A DNA stretch of 64,000 nucleotides, from contig OZ024740.1 in the NCBI GenBank assembly GCA_964016885.1, positions 13,268,001 through 13,332,000 on the forward strand. Reading direction: 5' to 3'. Each line of letters opens with the position of its first letter. Position 1 is the first letter of the stretch. Below are positions 1 to 12,812 of this stretch, piece by piece. Origin of the DNA: Eledone cirrhosa. Lineage: Eukaryota. The notes under the pieces are model-generated. The model ran no database searches and was not told the DNA's origin. It saw nothing but the letters and a program-made list of their open reading frames with translations. A program made the translations under genes and the position numbers.

Positions 1-564
1 GCCCGGTTTTCTTCATTCCTGGCTGCACGTCGTCGCCTCTGTAGCTCACTGTTTGATAAAATCGAATTGCTTTTACTTTCTGTGGAACGCTGCACGCATG
101 CACACACACACATATAAACATATGCGCACGTACATACCACGTACACATGGTAATAGTTACAGCGTTCAGTTTGCCTCTCTGTTTCTTACTCTCTCCTCTC
201 ACTCTCTCATTGGCATTATGCATATTAATTTAAGTTTGGTGTCGTTGAGGTGGGCGGAGTCGTTTGAAACCTATGATCCAATGATAATCGAGAATTATGA
301 CACACGGAATACTGACATTGTTGAAATTAATATATAGATAACATTGAATTAAAAATCGATTGACATATATATAAAATAAACACATCAAACAATTAGAGGG
401 GATAATTTGTAAAGAATGTAAACAGACCTAGTGTACGGAGGTAACATATTAAAAATTAACAAGAACCTTGAATATAGATACCTTGCAATAATGATTAATC
501 TCCTTTGTATATATTCCATTAATGAAATATATTTCACCATTAATCGGTGAATCACAGATTGGTA

Positions 565-630
<66 letters not shown>

Positions 631-776
631 AGGAGTTGACGGACCCAACATATTTATCAATGCCAGGACCGGTTGTATATCAGCGTACTCAATAGGTAAT
701 GTAGGATATATTTCCAGAGTATTCACATAGTTATTCGCTTTAATACAACACACGTAAACAGGTGCCTATAGTAGTT

Positions 777-887
777 CCCGGACTCGAGTTTCGGCCACAC
801 TTAATGCAGCAGTAGGGTGCTCTGCACCCTCTGTCTGCATATATTATGCAACAATGCCTAATCGGCGCATGTGGCTTCATCAGCGGG
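777..887 (-). ncRNA. Type I hammerhead ribozyme with long (~80 nt) stem II insertion
   Basis: Minus strand reads CCCG-CTGATGA-A-GCCACA...TGTGGC-C-GAAAC-TCGA-GTC-CGGG: intact core, stem I CCCG/CGGG, palindromic loop III, GUC cleavage triplet. Lies in a ~620 bp non-coding element (626-1250) between (TA)n tracts. Confidence 0.8.
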
Positions 888-1332
888 TATCGCCTAATCA
901 ATAACCAATCGATCGACAGAATTCGACTCCAGTCCGTTGGCTATGACTATTTGTGACGGCCGACACTGTAAAGTGATTAGCAACTGGAATCTGATACAAC
1001 TCTGTTCCCCGACCAGCCACCGATCTACAAACTTTACGCGGTGGCAGGAGATTAGAAAACAAATATTTCCGCTCCCGTCAAAAGCCCTCAGCCAACGTAT
1101 CTCAAACACAGATTAATAAGATAGTGAAAAGATGGTTATTAGAAAGAGCAGTCCACATCGATGTATAACAGAATGGTAGCATTCGGCTCTAGTCTCCAAG
1201 TCCCATGGTGGGAGGAAAGCGATAGTAACACACAAACACATATATATATATAACGAAGGAAGTGTGGTAAGGAACCAGGTGGACCATAACGCACCAGAGT
1301 ACTCGATACTTTGGGTAGTAGAGTGTGTAAAT

Positions 1333-1378
<46 letters not shown>

Positions 1379-1443
1379 ACACACAAACACATATATATGT
1401 GTGTATATATATATATATATATACGTACACACACAAACATATA

Positions 1444-1484
<41 letters not shown>

Positions 1485-1488
<4 letters not shown>

Positions 1489-1800
1489 ACTACGTTTTTG
1501 TATTTGTTTTGCATGATGATATTCTTAAATATGGAAACATGTGTTGAAACAGATAGTATTATACTCTGGGAGGGTCATGTTGCCAATAAAAAACATACGC
1601 AATTTATTATAACACCCAGTCGGTTAGTTTCATTGTTGATTGTCAAAATTCTTTTTCATCACACATTATATGACCTCCTCAGTGAATACTTTTGTTGTTA
1701 CTTTGGGTCCCGCCTTGGTTCTCTTCCACATAATATTGTTTATGAGCTCACAAATTTTACATCAAGGTATCCTTCGCCTGCCAGGCTATTATGACGAGAA
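1485..1800 (-). mobile_element. Diverged PLE pseudo-LTR remnant, related to 55217-55680, with degenerate hammerhead at ~1641-1686
   Basis: Shares GTGTTGAAAC..ATT.T.ATACT.TGGGAGGGTCATGTTGCCAATAA with 55260-55310. Minus strand has CTGAGGA-GGTCATA..TGTGAT-GAAA. Confidence 0.65.
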
Positions 1801-1849
1801 CTGGAGGTCCATTGTCATTACTACACACCGCCAACATCATCATCGTGAA

Positions 1850-2365
1850 CAGTAACAACAGTAACAACAGTAACAACAGTAACAACAGTAACAACAGTAA
1901 CGGCTGTTGCAGCAGTGTCCTTAACTACCAACAAACAAAAGCAGCAGAAGCTCAGCAACACTACGTCGACGACGACCAGAACCACCATCACCACCACTAA
2001 CACTACTACCACTACCACCACCACATCCACCTCCACCACCGCCATCACCAGCACCAGCACCAGCACCACAATCACCACCACCACCGCCACCACCATCACC
2101 ATCACCACTACCACCACAACCACCACACCACCACCATCACTACCATCACCATCACCACCACTACCACCACAACCACCATTACCACCACCACCACCACCAC
2201 CACCACCACTCCTACCACTACCACCACTACCACCACCACCACCACCACCACTCCTACCACTACCACCACTACCACCACCACCACCACCACGACCATCACC
2301 ACCACCACCACCACTACCACCGCCACCACCACTACCACCACGCCCACCACCACCACTAACACCAA
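1850..2365. repeat. Simple repeats: (CAGTAACAA)n then (ACC/ACT)n
   Basis: Direct reading. Produces spurious poly-Pro/Thr/Gly/Val ORFs. Confidence 0.9.
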
Positions 2366-2434
2366 CGTGTGTGTGAGTGTATCCAGATTGTACGTACTGC
2401 AAGGGAATCCATTAGGCCCTGCCGTATGGGATAC

Positions 2435-3160
2435 TTGTGGATAGAGATGTATGTAGGGTGTATGTTGATGTAGGTATGTATGTGAACGTGTGTATGTTGT
2501 GGGTTCGTCTTAGGGAGAAGTGTTTAGACGGGGTCCGTATTTGTTAATAAAGTGAGATTCCTTGCTGATGCGCTTGGTGTGGGTGGCATTATCTTTAAAT
2601 TTGTAGAGGGGAAAGATTCTAAAGTTGGGATGATTTGGGGCGGCACAGGTACGTACAATCTGGACATACTCACACACAACTTGGTGTTATGACAATACTT
2701 TCCATCATTTCACCTCTTTTATTATTGAACATTCACGTGACTTCTACTGACCAATCAAAATTATAGTGCTTATTCACGTGACATTCAACAACCAACCAAA
2801 TCACGAACGCTCTATCTCAAAATTATTTTTGAAAAGCATTTGAAATGCGCAACCGATAAAAACTTAAAACTAACACTGAATACTAACCATTACTTAAGTG
2901 GATTGGTAGAGTCGGACGCCATGCTTTCCAGCATAGTTACGCCCCTTTACGGTCTGAGTTCAAATCCCGCCGAGGTTAACTTTGCCTTTCATCCTTACGG
3001 GGTCGATAAAATAGAGTACCAGTAATGTACTGGGTAATTGCTGGCCTTGTGCCAAAAGTAGAAACAATTACTTATTACTAATTTATACTTATTCCTAATT
3101 AAACTATTTTTCACTGGAAAACATCTGTCAGCATTTTCTTTTCCTTTTTACTAATATACA
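2435..3160 (-). mobile_element. PLE 3' fragment (GIY-YIG C-terminus) plus inverted pseudo-LTR, interrupted by a SINE; same family as 23177-24967
   Basis: 2440-2650 is nearly identical to 24410-24612 (GIY-YIG tail ...KYGPRLNTSP). 2810-2890 and 3085-3155 match 24790-24965. Confidence 0.75.
2898..3072 (+). mobile_element. tRNA-type SINE (octopus-like family)
   Basis: B-box-like GAGTTCAAATCC, body GCCGAGGTTAACTTTGCCTTTCATCC..GGGGTCGATAAA, tail GGCCTTGTGCC..AGTAGAAAC. Four copies in the window. Confidence 0.8.
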
Positions 3161-3179
3161 TATGTATATATATATATAT

Positions 3180-4052
3180 ATTTTCCTCATTGTCATCGAT
3201 TTCGTCATGAAGAAGACAATGAGTGACCCTCGTTTTGGCATCAGTTGGGATGGAAGGAGTTTAAGCGACCTGGACTTTGCCGATGACATCGCAGTGATAG
3301 GCCATTTCCGAGAAGACCTGCAAGAGATGACAAACGTTCTAAATGACAATGCAGAGAAAGTTGGCCTGCTCATCAGTTGGGAAAAAACCAAGACCATGGC
3401 GACAGGTGACCCTCCGAATCCTCCCATCATGGTTGGTCGGCGTAACATTGAATGTGTAAGCCACTTCCAATACCCTGGCAGTAACATCTCTGACGATGGG
3501 GATGCTGAGGTGGATGTGCGCACCAGGCTGGGAAAAGCAGCGGCGACCGTCCGGTATGGTCCAGGTGTTCCATCGGCAACGCCGTCAAACTCCGTGTTTA
3601 CATGTCCATTGTAGTACCAACAGCGATAAATGCCTGTGAGACATGGAAGAGTACGGAAAGTGTATGTAACAAGCTTGATGTATTCCACCGTCGTTGCATT
3701 CGGACCATATTGAAAATTTCATGGAGAAACCAAGTTAGCAACGAGGAAGTGATGAGGAGGTCAGGATTGGAGAAGTTAAGGGACATTGTCTGGAAAAGGA
3801 GACGGCGGTCCGCGGGCCACATCCTTCGTTTGCCGGCAGATCGACCTGCTCATATTGCCATGGATTGGGTACCAGAAGGTGGCAGGAGAGAACGGGGAAG
3901 ACCACGAAAAACATGGCGGAGCACATTCAGGGAGGACCTGCGGGAGATGGGAATTACCTGGAGAGGTGCTAGAAGGGCCGCCAGTGACAGGATCAAGTGG
4001 AGGAAGCTGGTCGCCCAATGTTCCACAAGGGGCTGGAGGAACTAAGACTAAG
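3180..4052 (+). mobile_element. 5'-truncated RTE-clade LINE (RT C-terminus, frameshifted)
   Basis: Motifs [45 protein letters not shown]. Short TAAGAC tandem tail. Confidence 0.9.
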
Positions 4053-4060
4053 ATATATAT

Positions 4061-4191
<131 letters not shown>

Positions 4192-4272
4192 TATATACAT
4201 ATATATATACATATATATATAAAATAAACTAAAATAAATAAGTCAAATATTTAAAATTTAGCTTCGTTTATT

Positions 4273-4327
4273 ACTGCTATATATATTTCGGTGACAGCCA
4301 TCTTTGGCTGTGACCTCTTCAGGCAGT
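4273..4327 (-). ncRNA. Minimal type I hammerhead ribozyme
   Basis: ACTGC-CTGAAGA-GGTCACAGCCA..TGGCTGTCACC-GAAAT-ATAT-ATA-GCAGT. Confidence 0.85.
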
Positions 4328-4669
4328 CCGAATTAGTGTGGTAGAGACGAGTACATATGTTGTTGAGGTGTTTATCTTTGTCAATACTCTGATATGCCCA
4401 GTTCCTGGTTGGGTTGTTATTTCACTGAGGAACTGGAATCATACAAGTATTATCCAACCGTATGCCAATGTGGTTCTATGGCAGGTTAATAAATTAACGA
4501 GTCAGAACATATAAAATCAAGGTTTAGCAAATAGAGAAAAAGTTTTAAAATAAATAATTCCAGTTCCTCAGTGAAATAACAACCCAACGAAGAACTGGGC
4601 ATAACAGAGTATTGACAAAGATAAACACCTCAACAACATGTGTACTCGTCTCTACCACACTAATTCGGA

Positions 4670-4721
4670 CTGCCTGAAGAGGTCACAGACAAAATGGCTG
4701 TCACCGAAATATATATAGCAG
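4670..4721 (+). ncRNA. Minimal type I hammerhead ribozyme
   Basis: CTGC-CTGAAGA-GGTCACAG..CTGTCACC-GAAAT-ATAT-ATA-GCAG. Confidence 0.8.
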
Positions 4722-4864
4722 AAATAAACGAACCCACATTTTAAATATTTGACTTATTTATTTTAGTTTATTTTACATTATTCCGGAGTAACCAAACAAA
4801 CCTGCGCACTTCCCGAGTGTTCCAATCTGCATACTGAGGTGTTGGTATACAACCAACATATACT

Positions 4865-5065
<201 letters not shown>

Positions 5066-5119
5066 TATATATACATATTTATTTATATATATATACATAT
5101 TTATATATATATATTATAT

Positions 5120-5400
5120 AAATGTGTTAAGTACTTCCGAAGGAAAAGCAAAGGAAAAAAGAGTGCTCTATGTATAGAACAGAGCTATTTAATTAGAAAG
5201 TGGACAACACAAAATATAACTACTCCATTACCAAAGGTTTCTGGATCCCAGACAATAATAATATACGTCTGGATAAACAATATTTTTATCCATAACATCT
5301 CTGTCTGACGACCAATCCAGACGTATATTATCATTGTCTGGGATCCAGAAACCTTTGGTAATGGAGTAGTTATATTCTGTGTTGTCCACTTTCTATATTA
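5120..5400. mobile_element. Short inverted-repeat PLE pseudo-LTR element
   Basis: Arms ~5195-5274 and ~5316-5395. GAGTGCTC motif shared with other PLE tails (10290, 10722, 11447). Confidence 0.7.
5299..5366 (+). ncRNA. Type I hammerhead ribozyme
   Basis: CTCTGT-CTGACGA-..TCCAGAC..GTCTGGGA..-GAAACC-TTT-GGTA-ATGGAG. GUA site; the base of stem II is imperfect. Confidence 0.65.
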
Positions 5401-5435
5401 ATAAATGAAAAATATTCTCATAATCAAAATATATA

Positions 5436-5494
5436 TTTTATTATACATATTTCAAATGTAGAATGGTGTTTAAGTACGTTTTCATCAGACAAAA
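5436..5494 (-). ncRNA. Type I hammerhead ribozyme
   Basis: TTTTGT-CTGATGA-AAACGTA..TACATTT-GAAATA-TG-TATA-ATAAAA. Confidence 0.65.
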
Positions 5495-5707
5495 TATATG
5501 ATTTGATATGCGACATACCGCTACGGTTTTGATTATTCAATTCCAATATTTTGAATAATATTAAATACTCCATGAAAATCTGCCGAGTGCTTCTAATCTA
5601 TTGTAAAATTGTATTCGTTGAATAATCAAACATTTTCTAACCCAGAAAAAAAAAAAAAAATGTTCTTCCTAATAATCGTCTTTTTCTCCCTATTTTCATA
5701 TATATAT

Positions 5708-6838
5708 ATTCTATCTTAGCATGTTGGTAGAGTACAGATGATTCTTTACTATCTTGAAGGTCTCGCCAGTGTTCATTTATCCGTTCCCCTATACTACGAG
5801 CTGTCTCACCTATGTCCACTATATTTTTGTCTCTACATTGTCCTTCAGTACATCTTATGCTATACACTACATTTCTAGTTTTACAGTTAATATGGGGGCT
5901 TATTTTACAGGTTATACATTTCTTATCTATACAGGGGGGTCTTTGAAAAGGGTATGTCTTACTAATAAGTGTTTTTACGGAGGTACCTGGTCTTTCTACT
6001 ATCTTAATATTGAGTTTATGTTTATCTAGGGCCCTTCTAAATTTGTAAGCTAATTCACCTCTAGGGGTTGTATTGATGAACATTACACTCTGGTATTTAT
6101 TGCTATCATACCATGAGTTTATTCTATTGGCCTTATTCCTAGTTCTTTCTATTCTATTCCAAAATTTGCTCCTATACAGGGGGCAGGTCCCATTTATGTC
6201 ATTATTTACCATTTTTTCCCATTTGGTTCTGGCTCCTCTATACACTCTGATTGTAACCAGAGAACTGCATACGGTGGATGAAGTGTTGTATGTGTCTCTC
6301 TAGTTCTTCAGGGTTGCACATGCGGGACACGGTTCTCATCACCCGTACCAAATCCGCAATCAGTATGTTGATTTTGGTATGGTCCGAAACAGCTGAGTTT
6401 CGGTGAATCAGATGTTTGGAAGTCATGGGTTTGGCATAATGGTAATGGAGGATTTGTTTTTTGTTATTAATGGTATCTAACCAGAGCTCTGTGTCTAGTA
6501 CAGGTAATCGATGGTTGGGGTGTTTACTTGGGTAGTCTATAGTAACTCTAATACTCTGGTGGATGGAGTTAGCTATTTGCTGGATGCTTTCCATTGTGTT
6601 TTTCTCTAATTCCTGACTGTTCTCTAGTGGGGGTGTCTTAACTATCTGGTTGTGGAACCAACCAACCAACCATAAATTTATAAATTCCTAAATTTATAAA
6701 TTTATTATAATAAATTGAAGTGAAAGCAACTGGTGCTTGTGTTTCTTATTGGCAACATGACCCTCCCAAAGAATAACAATATCGGTTTCAACACACGTTT
6801 TCAGATAAAGAATCTTGCTAAACAAATTCAGAAACGTA
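5708..6838 (-). mobile_element. Truncated PLE copy (RT thumb, Cys linker, GIY-YIG) with inverted 3' pseudo-LTR piece (6640-6838)
   Basis: 5708-6640 is nearly identical to 55845-56792 (NVVYSIRC..IGETARSIGERINEH). 6640-6838 is the reverse complement of 55217-55426. Confidence 0.92.
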
Positions 6839-6850
6839 ATATATATATAT

Positions 6851-7037
6851 AGGAACGAGTAGGACCCCGACGGCTGAGCTCAAGCCGTTTCGACGGCTAA
6901 TTCTGGAATTAGCCGCCGAAACGGCTTGAGCTCAGCCGTCTTGGTCCTACTCGTTCCTATTATCAACTCTACTACCCTAAGTATTGAGGACTTTGGTGCG
7001 TTATGGTCCATCTGGTTCCTTACCACATTTCCTTCAT

Positions 7038-7040
<3 letters not shown>
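6851..7040 (+). mobile_element. Palindrome-plus-tail element (half-hammerhead fold-back family) in (TA)n
   Basis: ~110 bp near-perfect hairpin plus ~80 bp tail. Copies at 20716, 31381, 33021, 54989; partial at 1251. Confidence 0.85.
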
Positions 7041-7068
<28 letters not shown>

Positions 7069-7174
7069 ATAATAATAAATTTGAAGACTAAAATCCAAAG
7101 AGGGCTCGATAAGGATAAATATATATCAAATATATAAGAACCGTAGAGCAAATATTTATTAAAATAACAGATTA

Positions 7175-7226
7175 AAGTTTAAGCAAAGAATCGCTGCTTT
7201 CACCCTGAACGGGATCTTCTGAAACT
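7175..7226 (-). ncRNA. Hammerhead-like motif with U4A core (CAGAAGA)
   Basis: AGTTT-CAGAAGA-TCCC GTTCA GGGT-GAAA-GCA..TGC-TT-AAACT. The same core recurs in the inverted copy at ~10530-10577. Confidence 0.6.
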
Positions 7227-8159
7227 AACAAAGTCAATCTGTGAACGCAGAAGTGGATATTTCAAAAAACGTTGCAACCGGAGGAAGACAGGAAGACGAT
7301 ACTTTGATTCGTGGAAACGTTCCCTGGCAAAGAACGGGAAAAAAGAATATAATACGTCATTAATAGGAGTGGTGACAAACAATTACACGCAAAGACAGAA
7401 CCACGTTTATGGTATAAAAGAAGTCGTAGACTAATGTTCTCTTAGGTGGTTCATAGAGACGTTCTCTGGCAATGAACGGAAAAAACGAAGATAATACGTC
7501 ATATGTCGAGCGTGGAGAACAATTGCACGCAAAGACAAAACCACGTAAATGATATAGCAGAAGTCGTAGACTAAATTCTAACTAGGAAACCGAATGAATC
7601 TCCGCTTCAGAGTTAAGAATAATGTAAATAAATACAATAGAGGGGTAATAGAAATTAAATAAATGCATACACACATTCAAATACGTACATACACAAGCAT
7701 ACGCAAAACACTTGCCATAGGTATACAAAACCACGCACATATAAATATGTGTGTGTGTGTGCGTGTATACAAATAAATAATTAAATAAACGTATATAAAT
7801 AAATAAATACGTATATAACAAGCGCACCCACATACCTACATGTAAATACACAAATATTCGAAGACGTAAGTCAGCCAAAACATGAAGTACACATATACAC
7901 ACATCCTACATACGTACGAACCTGCATACACACGCAGACGCAAAACTCCCGTATACACATAACCAAACCATATGTACCAGAAAATATAAAAAATGTATAC
8001 GCCACAACATAATCAATCAAATATACGTATGAGAAAGTATACGTACCTTCACAAAACATACAGGTAATATATACTTACCTATGCAAATAAGTAATGGTAT
8101 AAACAAAACATATACTTAGCTACCACATCAAGACGTAAAAAATCCACGTATAGATCGTA

Positions 8160-10271
8160 CTATCCGTTAGGGTATAATGTGGGGCTGTAATACAGGAAAG
8201 TTTTGTGCAATTTATGTTTACAAGCCGAAATTGCCTCAGATTTTTTGTTTAAGATGTGGTCTGTGGCGTAGAGTATTTCCAGGGCCTCAGCGGCGCCGAG
8301 GTCACATGGTCTTTTATTTCCGTTATAAGATCTAGCCCTAGCTAGGATCTCCCAGTGTAACTTAAATTGGGTGTGGTTGTCTTTTAGACTCCAGATATAA
8401 GCTGAAAGTGACGTCATATTCCTTCTAAGAAAAGAATGGGTATGCATGTAAAGACGCTGCTTGAAACTATTGGCGGTTAACCCTATGTAGGCCCTACGGG
8501 ACGTGGGTGTTTCAACCTTACATTTGTAGACAATGTTACTAGAGAGGCATTTCCCAGATAGGGGGCAATCAACCCGATTCCTACAATTACAGTTAATACT
8601 AACTACAGGGTTGCACGTGTTCCTACGGTTAGGTAGTTTAGCTAAATTTGAAGCTGTGATGTTATGTGCAAGGTTAGGAGTCGTAGAGTAAGAAATTTAA
8701 ATAGTATTTCTATTAAAAAGTTTACTATATTTATGTGTAGGGGGAAAATGCTTCGTAATAATGGAAAGAAAGATCTTAGCTAATAGTGTGGCCACCTCCA
8801 TATTATATGGTGGGTTATACCAACAAATGCGACGGGATCTATTACTTCTAGGTCTATTTTCGTACTCTGTATATGCTACCTTATCGACAAATCCACTCCG
8901 AGCAAGAGCTTCATTGTAATAAATGGAATGGTCGTTGAAAATATTCTCGTTAGTAGATAGACGGGAAAGCCTCAACGAAACGTTTCTTACCAGGTTCTTG
9001 GTTATGCTGGCAGGATGGTTGGAATGCTTACTTATGTAATTAAGCGTATCATTCGGCTTTCTATACGGGTAATACAACCCATCCGATAAATTGAGGGTAA
9101 CGTCGAGGTAATTAACGACCAAGAGATTGGCCTCAACCTATATAGATAGGTTGAAGCCTTTAAAGAAGGCTGTGAGTTATTTTCTGAACCTGTCGCAAGC
9201 ACGAGGTCCGCACTTAGTCATGGTCAAAAGACCATCATCACGGTACAAACCACCGCCCGCGTTGGGGAATTCGTCCTTGATAGAGAAAAGAAGGAACAGG
9301 CCGATAAGATCAGTAACCTCCGCAGAATCGCTAGCGCCCATACTCACGTCGAATGGGGTACTATTGGATTTTTTAATCCAAATAGAGTCGTCGAAATTAA
9401 TCACCGACTTACGGGCATTAAGGATGACATCAACTTCGAAATCCTTAACCAATGTGAGTGTTTTAGCGAAATTGATAGCTCTAAGGAAAAGAGATGGAGG
9501 AGTAGTAATTGTTGATGTCGAATTGGATAAAACGGCAATGTTCCTTGTTGCATATGCCGTTGAACCAATCAATCGCCGCGAAAGAATTGTTCCACAGTGC
9601 AAGAGGGACCAAACTTCTAATTTCAGGTATAATTCTATCAAGAACCCTTTTACTAAGTCTACCTAAATCGGACTTCGTATGGTTAATGAGCCGAATAGAG
9701 GGGTTGTTCTGAAAATTGGATTTGTGATCCTTCAAGGTAAAGTGGGGAGAAATAGGGTCCAGAGGTTCGGTCCGGTCCAGGATGTTGAGATCAGAGGTGA
9801 TTTTAAACCCAGCATCGTTGATTTCATTGATGACGCACCGATTAATTTTACGGTAATCCTTAGTTACAGCATTATGTAGTAGTTGATGGTAAGTACTGCG
9901 CTCCACTTGATATAGGTTGCCAGTTTTGTCGGAATGGACGTGCACGGCATTAGAATCCTTAATAGAACGAATTCTATTCTTCAGGTCCTGCTGGAAGGAA
10001 TTGCTCCTATTCCGAAATTTGATACTCCGTATGAGTTCCAAGACATCATTTTCGAAGGGTAGCAATGCTGGGTTACACGGGGGTTATTATAGGTTTTAAA
10101 CCCAAATTTATCCTGTTTGTTGTCTGCTTTTCGCGGATTATCGAAATAAAAGGCACGCCAACGCAACCTTTTAATGAACGCGTCTGTTTTCTGTATCAGG
10201 AGTTTTAGGTATGTTTTCCTGCTTGGTACGGGTATGTTCTTTGTAGAAATATTCAGATGTTGTTTCTGCAT
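8160..10271 (-). pseudogene. PLE reverse transcriptase/GIY-YIG endonuclease polyprotein, frameshifted
   Basis: Five consecutive ORF pieces carry RT motifs (FDINNYY, SMGA.D.AEV.DL.GL, YRDD) and a C-terminal GIY-YIG domain. Confidence 0.9.
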
Positions 10272-10597
10272 GATGAATATAAGTCAATAGAGTGCTCAAC
10301 CGAGGGAGCCAAATAGTAATAATAATAAATTTGAAGACTAAAATCCAAAGAGGGCTCGATAAGGATAAATATATATCAAATATGCTCCTATTAATGACGT
10401 ATTATATTCGTTTTTTCCCGTTCTTTGCCAGGGAACGTTTCCACGAACCAAAGTATCGTCTTCCTGTCTTCCTCCGGTTGCAACGTTTTTTTGAAATATC
10501 CACTTCTGCGTTTACAGATTGACTTTGTTAGTTTCAGAAGATCCCGTTAAGGGTGAAAGCAGCGATTCTTTGTTTAATCTGTTATTTTAATAAATTA

Positions 10598-10679
<82 letters not shown>

Positions 10680-10854
10680 TATTGAAGTTTCCGTTGAAAA
10701 TTGAAAAAGTCATAGGAGTGAAGAGTGCTCTATGTAAGTTACAGAGCTAAATTTAATGTATAATAAACAATACATATATATATATATCCAAACGGAACCT
10801 GAACCGATAAGGTCTGGTTTCTCAGGTATGTCACTATTTATAAAACAAATTTTG

Positions 10855-11460
10855 TATTTTATCCGATTCAAGGAGCGTTTCCTGAACCACCAGTCTACCT
10901 TCAGATACCCGGACAGACGTTCATCCACGAAACTCGCGAGCCACGTATGGTCTCTCAAGGACTCAAGTGTAGACTACTCCATTCAATGGAAAGCCATCAC
11001 TAAGTCCAAGCCATACGCAAGGGGAAATCCGACGTGTGGCTTATGTATTGACGAACGAAAACTATCCTAAAGAGATTGCGCAATAGTGATTGCCTAAACA
11101 CGAGAAGTGAATTTCACACGTTGTCCACACGTCACCAAACATCTATTGCATAACTACAAGGCTCCGGACTGATTCTTCGTAATTTTATTTTTAATTTTTT
11201 TATTTTATTTTCAACCTAAAAACTTTCCGGAATTTCGCAGTTATCTCACTTACACCTCCCGCACGCAGTCTAGTATTGCCTGAGTGAAGTGACCGAGTTT
11301 CTGCGCATGCGCGTTTGTACGGTTGTCCTTCCTGTTCCTATAACCATACACATCAGGAGCTGAAGATCCGCGAAGGTGAAACAATTGTTCTCGGTATGGT
11401 GAACTAACTGTTGTGTAACCACTTCTACCTAACTCGTCCTCGGACTGAGTGCTCTACCAC
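10855..11460 (+). mobile_element. PLE 3' end (GIY-YIG C-terminus and pseudo-LTR)
   Basis: RFKERFLNHQSTFR..TKLASHVWSLKD..IQWK..CGLC. Related copy at 50640-51320. Confidence 0.85.
11357..11392 (+). ncRNA. Minimal type I hammerhead ribozyme
   Basis: GAG-CTGAAGA-TCC GCGAA GGT-GAAAC-AATT-GTT-CTC, with palindromic loop III. Confidence 0.75.
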
Positions 11461-11487
11461 TACGGATATTACCTTCCAGTGTTCTAC

Positions 11488-11573
<86 letters not shown>

Positions 11574-11577
<4 letters not shown>

Positions 11578-12119
11578 GTAAATTAGAGAACATAGAAATA
11601 AAAATAGAATCTACACACAGAAAAGACGCAATGTTTAGACAAATCACAGAGGCAATAAACATAAAAGAATTACAACCAAAATTAAATAGAAAATATGAGT
11701 GGAAAAGCAACATCACAACTTACAATTAAGGACAAAATGAAAACACACACACACATAGAACAAACAACCAACCGTTAACATGTAAATAAATAAATAAATA
11801 AACGAATATAAACACACAAAGACACCCGGATGTGGCGTATGCGCAGACTGAGCACACAACACACACACAGAAACAAAATGGCGTAGGACAGAACAAAGGA
11901 GAGGCACAAAAACAAAGAAAAGAATCCCCAGTCACTGAAGAGGTCACAGAATGTGTGACGAAAGAACTTTGACAATATATAAACAACTATCTGGTTGTGG
12001 AACCAACCAACCAACCAGAAATTTATAAATTCCTATATTTATAAATTTATTATAATAAATTGAAGTGAAAGCAACTGGTGCGTGTGTTTCTTATTGGCAA
12101 CATGACCCTCCCAAAGTAT

Positions 12120-12126
<7 letters not shown>
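11574..12126 (+). mobile_element. 3' end (last codons and pseudo-LTR) of the 55217-59189 PLE family, in (TA)n
   Basis: Reverse complement of ~55272-55842. Confidence 0.9.
11931..11973 (+). ncRNA. Minimal type I hammerhead ribozyme
   Basis: GTCA-CTGAAGA-GGTCACA..TGTGAC-GAAAG-AA-CTT-TGAC. Confidence 0.75.
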
Positions 12127-12157
<31 letters not shown>

Positions 12158-12163
<6 letters not shown>

Positions 12164-12776
12164 AAGTTAAATAAAAAGTCAAATGATTAAAATTTAGCTT
12201 CGTTTATTACTGCTATATATATTTCAGTGACAGCCATCTTTGGATGTGACCTCTTCAGGCAGTTTGAATTAGTATGGTATAGACAAGTACATATGTTGTT
12301 GAGGTGTATAATATTGTCAATACTCTGATATGCCCAGTTCCTGGTTGGGTTGTTATTTCATTGAGGAACTGGAATCATATGAATTCAAACAAACGAATTT
12401 CAGTGTCAAAGGACCTCTTCTCCTCTCATTGGTCAGTTATTAGAACATTCCTCATTCTAAGTGTTGTTATTGTTGGAGTTAGCTAAAAAAATTGATAAAA
12501 TGGTAGAAGGGACAAGGTGTTAAAGGGACAAAATAACAAAAAAAGTGTCAAACTTCCCATTGGTCAGTTCTGAGAGCATTCCTTCAGTCACAAGTCTATG
12601 GAATTCTTTCTGGGGTGAGGCTCCCTGTAGTGTTTTTGTTTGCTAGTGTTCAGTACATTTGACCTCTACCATTATTTTGGTAGTGTTGTTGGTGTTGTGG
12701 TCAGCTTATATCTTGCTGCTGCTAACAATTTAGAAGTAATACTGAGGTGTTGGTATACAACCAACATAAACTCAAT
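12158..12776. mobile_element. PLE pseudo-LTR element of the 4220-4868 family, with hammerhead at 12209-12263 (minus strand)
   Basis: 12160-12378 matches 4222-4440. Ends with the same tail ATACTGAGGTGTTGGTATACAACCAACATA.ACTCAA. Confidence 0.8.
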
Positions 12777-12812
12777 ATATATATATACATACTTAAATAT
12801 ATATATATATAT

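Larger units (their letters stand above)
7065..10595 (-). mobile_element. Near full-length Penelope-like retroelement with direct (7065-7133 / 10313-10383) and inverted (10385-10595) pseudo-LTR segments
   Basis: ORF fragments on the minus strand: KNIPVPS..KRLRWRAF, LYRDDG, NYLDVTL, WYNPPY, VYKC..YIGLT..FKQR. Terminal repeat architecture read directly. Confidence 0.9.

Noticed and set aside
1821-2402. Formin/extensin-like poly-Pro or Gly-rich protein
   Set aside because: Pure (ACC)n repeat with no flanking domain or splice support.
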